From NCBI RefSeq assembly GCF_006345805.1, contig NW_021835054.1, positions 1 to 42,506 on the forward strand: a stretch of DNA of 42,506 nucleotides, in the 5' to 3' direction. The notes beneath the pieces were generated by a model, which was not told the origin of the DNA, made no database searches, and worked only from the letters and a program-made list of their open reading frames with translations. Source of the DNA: Octopus sinensis. Its lineage: Eukaryota. The position numbers were made by a program, and so were the translations under genes. Shown here piece by piece: positions 23,447-34,966 of the stretch (position 1 is the first letter of the stretch; each line of letters begins with the position of its first letter).

Positions 23447-25053
23447 AATGATAATAATAATCATAATAATAATAATAATAATAATAAAATAATAATAATG
23501 AATAATAATAATAATAATTAATAGTAATAAATAATAGTAATAATAATAATAATAATAGTAATAATAAAATAATAATAATAGTAATATAATCATAATAATA
23601 ATAGTATAATAAGTATAATAATAAAAACAATATAAGAATATAATAATAATAATAATAATAATATAATAACATAATAAAATAATAATAATAATAAGAAGGA
23701 TAAAGTAATAATAATAATAATAAGAATAATAATTATAATAATAATAAAATAATAATAATAGAATAATAATAAAATAATAATGAATAATAATAATAAGAGT
23801 AATAATAATAAGAATAATAGTAATAATAATAGAGAATAAGACAATAATAAGAAGATAATAATAATAATAAGAAGAATAAGAATAATAGTAATAAGAATAA
23901 TAATAATAATAGTAATAATAATTATATAATAATAAAAAAAAGGATAATATAATAATAATAGTAATAATAATTAATAATAATAATAGTAAGAATAATTATA
24001 TAATAATAACAATATAATAATAGAATAATAATAATAATAAGAATAATAAACAAAATCATAATAATATAATAATAAGAATTATATAGTAATAATAATAAGA
24101 ATAATAGTAATAATAATTATAATAATAATAACAATAATAATAAGTAGTAATAATAAGAAGAAGAATAATAATAAGAATAATAATAAGAATAGTAATAACT
24201 AAGAATAATAGTAGAAGAATTAAATAATAATAACAAAATAATAATAGTAAGAATAATAGTAAGAATAATAATAATAATATAGTAATAATAATTATAATAT
24301 ATATAACAATATAAGATAGTAATAATAAAAGTAATAATAAAATATAAAATAATTAGTCTAATAATAAGTAATAATAAGAATAATAATAAAATAATAGAAT
24401 AATAATAATAATATAGTACGAATAATAATTAATAATAATAACAAGAATAATAATAGTAATAAGAATATAATAATAATAATAAGAATAATAAGAATAGTTA
24501 AGAATATAATACTAATAGTAATAATTATGATAATAATAATAATAACAATAATAAGAATAGTAATAATAATAATAATAAATAATATAATAATAGTAATACG
24601 AATAAGAATAATAATAGGAATAATAATTATAATAATAAAAACAATATAATAATAGTAATAATATATAATAATAAAATAATAATAATAGTAAGAATAATTA
24701 TAATAATAATAATAAGAATAATAATAGTAAAATAATAATAATAATAATAATAGATAATAATAAGAATAATAATAATAATAATAAGAATTAGATAAGAATA
24801 AACAATCATAATAATAGAATAATAATAAGAAGAAGAATTAATAATAAAATATTATAATATAACAATAATAATAATAGTAATAAAAGACTAAAATAATAAT
24901 AATAATAGTAAGAAAATAATAATAATAATAATTAATAAGAATCTAATAATAATAACAGAATATATAATAATAATAGGAATATAATAATAATAATATAGTA
25001 ATAATAATTATAATAATAACAATAATAATATAGTAATAATAATAATAATAATA

Positions 25054-25094
<41 letters not shown>

Positions 25095-25430
25095 GTAATA
25101 ATAATTATAATAATATAACAATAATAATAAGTAATAATAATAATAATAATAATAGTAATAATACTTATAGGAATAAACCAATAATAATAATAGTAATAAT
25201 AATAGTTAATAATAATAATAATAATAGTAATAATAATTATAATAATAATAACAATAATTAATAATAGTAATAATAATAATAAAATAATAATAATAATAGT
25301 AATAATAATAATAATAATAATAATAGTAATAATAATTATAATAATAATAACAATAACGAATAATAGTAATAATAATAGTAAGATAATATATAATAATAGC
25401 AATAATAATAATAATAATAACAATAATAAT

Positions 25431-25484
<54 letters not shown>

Positions 25485-25533
25485 GTAATAATAATAATAA
25501 TAATAATAATAGTAATATATATAATAATAATAC

Positions 25534-25603
<70 letters not shown>
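23447..25603. repeat. About 2.1-kb imperfect (AAT)n array
   Basis: AAT with AGT/AAG/AAC variants and many 1-bp indels; pure at the right end. Confidence 0.95.
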
Positions 25604-25604
<1 letters not shown>

Positions 25605-25605
<1 letters not shown>

Positions 25606-25772
25606 CCTTTCATCTTTTCTACTAAAAGCTCAAAACCTGACATTTTGGAGAAGATTAGCCGATTACATCGACCTCAGTGTTTCACTGATGCTTAATTTAT
25701 TAACCCCGAAATGATGGAAGGCTAAGTCGACGTAAAGACGGACGAAATGCCGCCATGCACTTCAGCCGGCGT
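25605..25772 (-). mobile_element. Diverged SINE family B copy whose (TTA)n tail is continuous with the large array
   Basis: Reverse complement has gtcgacttagccttccatcatttcggggttaataaattaagc...gtcgatgtaatcggc...agaaaag then ttattatta. Confidence 0.75.
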
Positions 25773-25959
25773 TGATTTCCATCGTGTAAAGTGAGGAGAT
25801 ACATATTATTAAAGATCTATTAATATATATATGATGATAAATTGCAATGGCACTATAAAAGTGTAAATAACAAGAAAATATCCATAAATGGTATTGCAAC
25901 TTCACACCCTACACTGGGGTTACGATAACTCTGATGTACCTAAGACGTGTAGCTTCACT

Positions 25960-26685
25960 CGGTTCTCGACAACCGCAAACAGATACAGAATCAGAGTAGG
26001 TCAATTTAACCAGGTCAATTTCACAACTCTCGTCTACATCCACAAAATTTATTGTACGGCAGTAAATTTCATGAAAGTGAAATTAACCCTTGCCTTTTTA
26101 AAATTGCAGTTAAAGTTCATGAGGGTTTATTGGCTAAAGAGGAAAAGATTTGTTCTTATCGCTTTCAAAACTTTTCACACCACAGTTTCTTTGAACATAA
26201 TCACTAAGTAGCAAAAGAATGTCTATACTACCAACTTTTAGGGTGGCTCAAACTTCGCAGAAGAAGTGGCTGAAAGATAGATCTATCTTCTACATGATAA
26301 CATTTGTTTCGACATAAAACCACAATTAGTAATACATGGATTCCAGAAGTCTACGTAATGCACATTTTGCCAACGTCCGCGTATCTCGGATAGGTTCGGC
26401 CTTGGTGGTCCTAAGACAGCTATACTTGTGTTGTAGAGTTTCTCTAGAAGTAATGAAAGAGTATAGTACTGTCCCACCAAGCACTTTTGTAAATGTTTCC
26501 ATAATCTCACAAATGACTATCAGATTCTCCTTGTAGACTCGCAGAATCATTATCAGACCATCATCATTCATGTCTTTCATTAATCCTCTATAAAAAGAGA
26601 AAAGTTGACGTTCATCCGACCGCATTGTCTACAGAGAAGACAAAGGCAAGGAACACACGAAAGAACGGCGTCTTCACTTGCTATC

Positions 26686-26727
<42 letters not shown>

Positions 26728-27075
26728 TGTGGTGTGTGTGTGTGTGTTTATATGTGTGCATGCATGTGAGTGTGTATATGCGTGTTGGGATTGTTATTAA
26801 ATTGCTTTTATTTGTTTCTTTATGTCAACATTTTGCTTTGCGTTTCGTTGTGACAATAAAATAGCTTTTCCATTTATTTTGTCGCAAGTGTTCGTTTGTT
26901 GAAAGTTTTGGTTTTTCTTTTTGTATGCTGTTTTGGAGGCGTTCCATTTTTGTAGTAACAGACGCCATGTTTAGAGAATGTTTTGACAAGATATGTCTAA
27001 AAAAACAAACCGTATTTTTATCTAAATCTTGCATGGGTAAGCCTTCCGAACTCTTTGAAGTTTTCTGTCTACGCG
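25960..27075 (-). pseudogene. Possible highly decayed hAT transposase remnant
   Basis: Scattered, frame-broken minus-strand motifs KLQR..THARF.DKNT..FFR, DTR(T)LA..ALRRLLE and HEL*LQFKKARVN occur in the order expected for hAT transposases. No TIRs found. Confidence 0.35.
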
Positions 27076-27489
27076 TAAGTTAACAAAAAACACCATTCCA
27101 TGCAGTCGTATGCTGTAAAATCCTCCACTTCAAGGAGGAACTCAACAATACTCATGTAAGTCACCACTGAATAATATCAAGAGCAAAAAACAAAAAAAAA
27201 ATTATGATAACAATCTTATATTTTCTACAGGATATAGCTGATGAGAGGGACATTACAAAACAACTTATTGGTGTGTTACATAATAAGATATGTGTAAGAA
27301 AGCGAAAGGAAGCTGTAATGAGATAAAACTAAGCATAGTATACAAAATATGAAAATAAATGGTTGGTGTAGTTTTGATACAAGAAGACTCCAACTAGGAT
27401 CAATCAAGGAAACAACACTGATTCGGGATCAACTTGGCTAAGAGGGACACAAATCCACGACCAACTCTTGTTGCCCAATCTGTGAACGA

Positions 27490-27850
27490 AAGCTTAGAGC
27501 AGTTGAAGCCATTTTACAAATTTGATGGCGGAGAGTATTTCTGTCTCCACCCTCAATTTCCGCTCAGATTGGGACTTGAAGTAGTCGATGGGGCCTTGAC
27601 TGAGGTGGAGAGAGTGTCTGTCCTCAATCCTTTCAAATACGTCCACCAAATAACCTCTTCTGCCATAGCTACAACACAGGAACACCGTATACCTTGCCTA
27701 GTTAAAGGATGAGATGATTCTCATGACACACATGGTCGATAGCCAGATTCGTCAAACAACCGACAACATCTATCCGACATAAATTAACAACTCAGCAATA
27801 GTCGTGTAGTTTCTTTCATCTCCGCGCATCTTGTAGAGTCCCACGTTGCA
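27490..27850 (-). mobile_element. Diverged L1/Tx1-like ORF2 3' fragment
   Basis: Reverse complement reads VVAMAEEVIWWTYLKGLRTDT...QGPIDYFKSQSERKLRVETEILSAIKFVKW, homologous to 14540-14710. Confidence 0.75.
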
Positions 27851-28256
27851 GCACTTCTGTACCTATAGTATTTATCTCAAATACGTAGTGCCAAGCTACG
27901 GATTTCAGGTATGTTTCGGTAATATTACACTTCAGCAAAAGCATAACTTTTCTCTGCATTTTCAAAAATAATATTAAAGAACTAGCTGGCCCGTGCCGTT
28001 AAAAATAACAGCTAATTGTAGTATTTTATATATAAATAAGGTACAAAATGAGGTACATAATAATCACAGATACAAACATTCACACACTTCCCTTGGACAC
28101 GTACACGCATATACACATATACTTACTCAGAGTTGAAACGCTGTTTAATCTTTCTTTTCAGCGTTGAATGCTCATCATTCCACTTCCATTGCGCGCGCGA
28201 ACACACATACACACACACACGCACACACACATACACACACACACACACCACACACA

Positions 28257-28295
<39 letters not shown>

Positions 28296-28590
28296 TTCAC
28301 ACACATATACTCACGCAGAGCTGAAACGCTGTTTGATATTTTTTCACCGTAGAACTTCCATCATCCCACCACCAAGTTTACCATGACCCTTCTTTCTTTA
28401 CTCATCGATCACCCCTTCTTTTTCCATTCATATATTGTGACGGAATAAAAACACTAGAGTATTAATATACTAGATAATTACGTTGCTGGCTTGATATTTT
28501 TCTGCAAAGACGATGAGTGATTGCAGAGGAAAGCGCCATCATTATATTGAATTGTAATGAACAGTTTGTATATCCGCGCACGTCAAAACA

Positions 28591-28646
<56 letters not shown>

Positions 28647-28700
28647 TTCTAAAAACAACAAATGGTAAATTTAATAAAATAATCGCAGTACTAATTATTG

Positions 28701-28731
<31 letters not shown>

Positions 28732-28815
28732 CAATACAGATAAAGGGTGAAATATAATTAATTTAATAAAATCAACAAATTTCACCAAGTAGTATTTCGG
28801 TATGATTCGGTAAAA

Positions 28816-29111
28816 TCTTTATATATAAAGTGAAGTTGTGTGTCTGTCTCCTACGATTTAGATTCGTAACTACTCCCACATTTTGCGGTGCAGTGTAACC
28901 AAAAGCGGGTATCTTATAGTCGTGATTCATATCGAGCCCTTCTGGGTATTAGCGCGCGTCTACGATGAGTCTACGATTTAAAAAAAATTTATCATAATTT
29001 TTTCTCATTTTAATGCAATTTTTTGCTATTATATAAGGGAAGTAACTCTCTAAAAATGCTTATATAGTTTTTTCCCTTACAAACCCGAGCAACGCCGGGC
29101 GATACTGCTAT
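28816..29111 (+). mobile_element. Non-autonomous Helitron (second family)
   Basis: Starts A|TCTTTATATATAAA followed by tgtgtgtctgtc. 3' hairpin cccgagcaacgccggg (29084-29099), then gatactgCTAT|T (CTAG with one change). Confidence 0.82.
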
Positions 29112-29719
29112 TTATATATAATTATAACAATGAGGGTCTTTGCAACAAGTTGCTAGACCACATACCGAAAGTATTAGAAATAGCAGCCAGAAGACTGTTA
29201 TTTCTTTTACTACAAAAAAGAAACAGTATTTGTAACTCATTTTATGGCAAAAAAAAAACGAAGAAAAATAACGAAATCAAACAGTCCACCGTCAATTATG
29301 GACGCATACGTTTCTGGATTAGAATCAAAGATTCATTTCCTTTATCAACATAATATTCCGATACATAAATCTAGAAATGCTAGGAAATCTTACCTTCCAT
29401 ATTTCCGACCAGGCGACATCGGGGCATACAGAAGCTAATCAGCATATCCACATTTATATAGACAAGTGAATTCGTATTTCCCTCCAGAATTTTTTCCACG
29501 TGAGTTACAAATAATACTGCCGAAAATGAATTCGTAGTTCTGTCGTAGGGGAGTAAAATAATCAATACAGATAAAGGGTGAAATATAGTTAATTTAATAA
29601 AATCAACAAATTTTACAATTATATATATAAACATATACATATTTCATATGTATATATATGTATATATGTATGTATATATATATATACATATGTGTCTATG
29701 TGTATATATATACATATAT

Positions 29720-29764
<45 letters not shown>

Positions 29765-29768
<4 letters not shown>

Positions 29769-30010
29769 ACGGGGAGCTTTATGAAAATAAACAAAAGACG
29801 AAGGCAGGTGGAAAACAAACGAACAATTGTATTAGTATGGCGCTCAGGAAATATAAATAAAACAAGTCTTTAACGTTTCGAGCCTACGCTCGTCAACAGA
29901 AAGATACACAGAGAGAAAAACACAGAAAGAAGGAGAGAAAAAAAATGCGTGCAGTAGCTAACGAATCAACATGGCGATCTGATTTCGGCCAGAGGTCAAA
30001 GATCAAACAT
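29765..30010 (-). mobile_element. Penelope-like pseudo-LTR fragment adjoining (TA)n
   Basis: Carries a hammerhead motif and abuts a TA array. Class assigned by inference from the ribozyme and context. Confidence 0.5.
29867..29904 (-). ncRNA. Minimal type-I hammerhead ribozyme motif, core variant CUGUUGA
   Basis: Minus strand: tcttt-CTGTTGA-c-gagc-gtag-gctc-GAAA-cg-TT-aaaga. 5-bp stem I, 4-bp stem II, palindromic ACGT stem III and a GUU triplet. Confidence 0.65.
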
Positions 30011-31535
30011 GAGACGCGAGAGCGAAATAAGGGGAGATAATAGGGTTGATAAATGGGTTGAGGGACCAGCTAAAAGTGCGTGGGGGGGGTCTGGATGTGT
30101 GTATGTATAGGGTTGGTGTATGTATTAGTATGTATAAGGGTGTGTGTGTGTGTGTGTGTGTGTATGAGAGAGTATTAGTGCGTAAGATTGGTCTGGACGT
30201 GCGTATGTATGGGGTTGGTGTATGTATTAGTATATATTAGTATGTATTAGTACGTATGTATTAGTATATATATATATATATATGTATGTATATATGCATG
30301 TATGTATATGTATACGTGTGTGAGTATGTTTATGTATGGATACGTATATGTGATTATCGGATAGTATCGAACAGTGATTGTGTGTATTTCAACACAGTAT
30401 TAGGTGAATAGATATTCTATATTTTTGAATTAACAGTGCTACCAAGGGTTTCATGTTGAGGCTTTCCTCAATTTTTCAAGCGCTCCACTAAAGAATCTAG
30501 GTAATCGCATCTATTTTGGATGTGAGTGCTATGTATATATAAAATCCCCATATAGATGTACATCTCTGCAAATATATTTTGAACGTTTACACGCGTGACC
30601 GTTCAATATAAATACATAATCTGTCTACGCACTCACTCACACACACGTAAACTCATACATATACTCACAGAAACACACACATATATATGTAAGCTGGTGT
30701 GTATGTATTTGGCGAGGTGCTTTTCAGTGCGTATTTCGACATTAGCAAGAATAATCACTTGATGTTAGACTTGATATCAAATTTAAAACAAATACCTCAC
30801 ACATGCATACACACACACACACATATATATATATATGTATGTATATACATGTATGTATGGGTACGTATGTGTGTATATGATACATATAACATATGTAAGT
30901 ATCGTCCAATCATTGTTAGAAAAAACATCAGAAGTCTCGGAGAAGCACGCTTATACGAGTAAATAGATGTGGATGGCCATTCGACACACAAAGAAAATAC
31001 ACCCGCACGCACATCCATATATGCATAAATACAGGCGCATACATACATGCATACGTATATATATATGTATATATATGTATGTGTGTCTACATATATAGAC
31101 ACATCCATATATATATGCACCTTCCTACACCAGTCCAACAGAACAGAACACACCCCGCTTACGCACACAAATCATGTTATTGTAGGGGTTCTGTTAAAAT
31201 AAATTTCATATCTGAAAATGTGAAAACTTTTTGTTTTTTCTAGTCACATGTTTATACAATCATTTTATTTCGTGTTTCAATGTAAACTTCTATTTGTATA
31301 TTTTCATATATATATTCATATTTTTATTGGATATTCTCGTTTAATCATTAATAGCGAATGCATTCTCAACAGATGTTAGATGCGATTTCAGCGTTTACCG
31401 CCTGCACACGCCTGTTGACGGTGGTACACGTCTTTCAATATTATTTATTTATTCATTGTTGCTTTTGCTGTTGTTGTTGCTGTTGTTGATATTGATGTTG
31501 TTGTTGTTGTTGTTGTTGTTATTATTATTATTATT

Positions 31536-31930
31536 AAGGCAGGGATCTGGCAGAATCGTTAGCACGGCGGGGCAAGTTGATAAGTGGCGTTTCGCTCGTC
31601 GTTACGTTCGGATTTCGAATCCCGACGTGCTCGAATTTGACTTTCGTCCTTTCGTGGTCGACAAATTAAGAACCAGTCAAGCACTGGGGTCGATGTAATC
31701 TGCTCACCATGAAATTTCAGGCCTTGTGCCTATAACAGAATTACTATTATTATTATCAAGGCGGCCAGCGGTTAGAACTGTTTACACGCTGGGAAAAAAT
31801 TCTTAGCGGCATTACGTCTATTTTCACGATCGAGGTCACTCAATTAAGTACCAGCTGACTACTGGAGTCGATGGAATCGACTTGGCTCCTCCCCATAAAA
31901 TTTCAGGCCTTGTGCCTATAATGGAAAGAA
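31536..31930 (+). mobile_element. Two tandem SINE family B copies (31536-31740, 31758-31930) linked by (TTA)n
   Basis: Each starts aaggc and ends aaatttcaggccttgtgcctataa...gaa followed by (TTA)n. Confidence 0.85.
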
Positions 31931-31956
31931 TTATTATTATTATTATTGTTATTATT

Positions 31957-32508
31957 GAGTGAGAGAGCAGTGCATGCCATCAAAGTGACACTGGGGTAAA
32001 ATATACGAAGCCCAGTATACCCATCATAACTACCCGTCTGATAAGGGTACACTAGGCACATGCATCACAACCATATATGTGCAACATGGTGATCTCATAT
32101 CAAGATAAACAGCACATGACCTTGCAGGTGGGGCCCACTTAGAATTTTCTTCTGGTCGAGTAACCCATCCCACTCAAAAGCTCCCTGAATAAAGGTTGTT
32201 TAAGGATGTTGGACGAAACGCCCATGTTTCCAGAGGTGAATTATTCAAACCCCAAAGAATCACTCTCACATGGCTATGATGCTCCCCACTACTGCAGCTC
32301 GTGATCAGAGATGCACATATCGTCAGCCACTAAGGGGCATGGTCAACTGGTTAAGGTCAAACAACTGACAAGCAAATCTGTGGTATTGAGAAGAATATTT
32401 GCTGTAGCCCATCTTTTATACCAAGACAAAACAATGTACATGATAACACTTCCAATCAGTTAAGATCAGTAGCCACGAGAGCCACTGCCTGGTACTGCAT
32501 CAAGGCAT
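31957..32508 (-). mobile_element. About 550-bp non-coding retroposon-like element with (AAT)n tail, inside TTA/AAT arrays
   Basis: High-complexity block bounded by triplet arrays. Minus strand ends ..gcactgctctctcactc-aataat. A 24-bp internal segment (32464-32487) is repeated at 32510-32533. Confidence 0.6.
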
Positions 32509-32533
32509 GGATCAGAAGCCACGAGAGCCACTG

Positions 32534-32591
<58 letters not shown>

Positions 32592-32605
32592 CATCATTAT
32601 TATTA

Positions 32606-32811
32606 TTAGCACGCCGGGCAAAATGCTTAGCAGTATTTCGTCCGTCTTTACATTCTGATTTCAAATTCAGCCGAGGTCGACTTTGTCTTTCGTACTTCGG
32701 GGTCGATAAATTAAGTACCAGTGAAACACCGGGGTCGATGTGATCGTTTATCCCGCTTCCAAATTTCCGGACTTGTGCTTATATTAGAAAGGATTATTGC
32801 TGTTGCTATTA

Positions 32812-32907
<96 letters not shown>

Positions 32908-33460
32908 TTATTATTATTATTGAGGCGGTGTGCTGTCAAAATCGCTAGAATGCTGGGCAAAATGCTTAGCGGTATTTCATTTCTCTATACGCTTTGTTCT
33001 CAAATTCCGTCACCAGCGACTTTGCCTTTCATCCTCTCGGTATTGGTAAAATAAGTACCTGTTCAGCCCTGGGGTAATTGCAATCGATTTATCCCCTCTC
33101 ACAAAAATATTTCAGGCTTTGCACTTGCATTAGAAACAATCTTTTTTCTATTCTAATAATCCTTTTTCAAAATCAAGTACCAGTTGTGTGCTGATGTAGA
33201 TCAAATCGATTGGCACCCTATCCCCCCCCCCGCCAAATTTCAGGCCTTTTACTCTAGGCACAACGCCTAAAATTTTGTGGGCATAGAGTGCCAATCGATT
33301 AGATCTACACCAGCACGTAACTGGTACTTGATTTACCGACCCCGAAAGGATGAAAGGCACAGTCGACATCGATGGAATTTGAACTCAAAACGTAGCGACG
33401 GGCGAAATACCGCTTAGCATTTTCATGTAGCGTGCTCACAACTCTGCTAGCTCGCCGTTT
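32606..33460. mobile_element. Cluster of SINE family B copies (32606-32792 +, 32922-33140 +, about 33170-33255 +, about 33255-33460 -)
   Basis: Repeated B-box and gtcgactttgcctttcatcc motifs separated by (TTA)n. Confidence 0.85.
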
Positions 33461-33484
33461 TCACCAGTATTAGAAATAATGATT

Positions 33485-33884
33485 ATTCTTTGCTAGTCTA
33501 GGCACAAGGCCCGAAATTTTTGGGAAGGGGGCCAGTCGATTAGATCGACCCCAGTACGCAACTGGTACTTAATTTTTCGACCCCGAGAGGATGAAAGGCA
33601 TTTCGACCTCGGCGTAATTTGAACTCAGAACGTAATGACAGACGAAATACCTATTTCTTTACTACCCACAAGGGGCTAAATACAGAGGGGACAAACAAGG
33701 ACAGAGAAACGGATTAAGTCAATTACGTCGACCCAAGTGCGTAACTGGTACTTAATTTATCGACCCCGAAACGATGAAAGGCAAAGTCGACCTCGGCGGA
33801 ATTTGAACTCAGAACGTAGCAGCAGACGAAATACGGCTACGCATTTCGCTCGGCGTGCTAACGTTTCTGCCAGTTAGCCGCCTT
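33485..33884 (-). mobile_element. Dimeric SINE family B (monomer followed by a second B-box + Meta-like unit)
   Basis: Minus strand: a monomer 33884-33652 like 6167-6398, directly followed by ggtatttcgtctgtc..gagttcaaatt..cctttcatcc..ccttgtgcctag (33651-33485). Confidence 0.85.
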
Positions 33885-33935
33885 CCTCTCCCAGCAATAT
33901 TGTTAGCCTCGTATAATTATTTGAAATCCTAATTT

Positions 33936-34100
33936 AAGGACGATGAACCGGCAGAATAGTTAACACGTTGGAAAAAATGCCGAGCAGTATTTCTTCTGCT
34001 TTTACTTTCTAAGTTGAAATTCTAATGAAGTTGACTTAACATTTCATTTTAAAGGGTCGATAAAGCCAGTACTAGTTCAGTATGCGGGTCGACGGAATAT
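33936..34100 (+). mobile_element. Old SINE family B copy
   Basis: aaggacgatgaaccggcagaatagttaacacg...gggtcgataaagccagtactag. Confidence 0.7.
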
Positions 34101-34396
34101 AGTAGTCGAATTGACCAAGGCACAAGTTTTCGCTTGAACACGAAGGTGAAAGCAGGCCAATGAACAAAATCCCTATGACAAAATGTGAATGACGAAAATA
34201 ATCGAAAACTGAAAATGTCAGACAAACCTGTATCTTCGTGATTTCGAACTTTGAGAAATACCCTTAATTCATCCTCAACGAATCTTACTGACTCTCAGGG
34301 TTATAGAGTTTGTTCATCTCAACCAATGGGTGCGATTACCGTTTTTAATGCCGCAGCAAATTTAAAAAGGCGATCGAAGTGAATGAAAATTATATC

Positions 34397-34817
34397 AGGC
34401 GCAGGAGTGGCTGTGTGGTAAGAAGCTTGCTAACCAACCACATGGTTCCGGGTTCAGTCCCACTGCGTGGCAACTTGGCAAGTGTCTTCTGCTATAGCCC
34501 CGGGCCGACCAATGCCTTGTGAGTGAGTTTTGGTAGACGGAAACTGAAAGAAGCCTGTCGTATATATATATATATGTGTATATATATAAGTGTGTGTGTA
34601 TATGTTTGTGTGTCTGTGTTTGTCCCCCTAGCATTGCTTGACAACCGATGCTGGTGTGTTTACGTCCCCGTCACTTAGCGGTTCGGCAAAAGAGACCGAT
34701 AGAATAAGTACTGGGCTTACAAAGAATAAGTCCCGGGGTCGATTTGCTCGATTAAAGGCGGTGCTCCAGCACGGCCGCAGTCAGATGACTGAAACAAGTA
34801 AAAGAGTAAAAGAGTAA
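34397..34817 (+). mobile_element. SINE family A, full-length, young
   Basis: aggcgcaggagtggctgtgtgg...gactgaaacaagtaaaagagtaaaagagtaa. Confidence 0.93.
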
Positions 34818-34924
34818 ATATGAGGATGTTATTGTTTATAAAAATAACAGTGGCTTAGCATGCGTAGGGTATTGTTACGCACGCTAAGCCACTGATATTA
34901 TTATAAACAATAAGACCATCATAT
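34818..34924. repeat. 107-bp inverted repeat (49-bp arms, 9-nt loop)
   Basis: ttattgtttataaaaataacagtggcttagcatgcgta-gggtattgt-tacgcacgctaagccactgatattattataaacaataa, extended by outer atatga/tcatat. Confidence 0.88.
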
Positions 34925-34966
34925 GTATATGTGCGTGTGTACATGTGTATGTATGAATGTTTGTAT

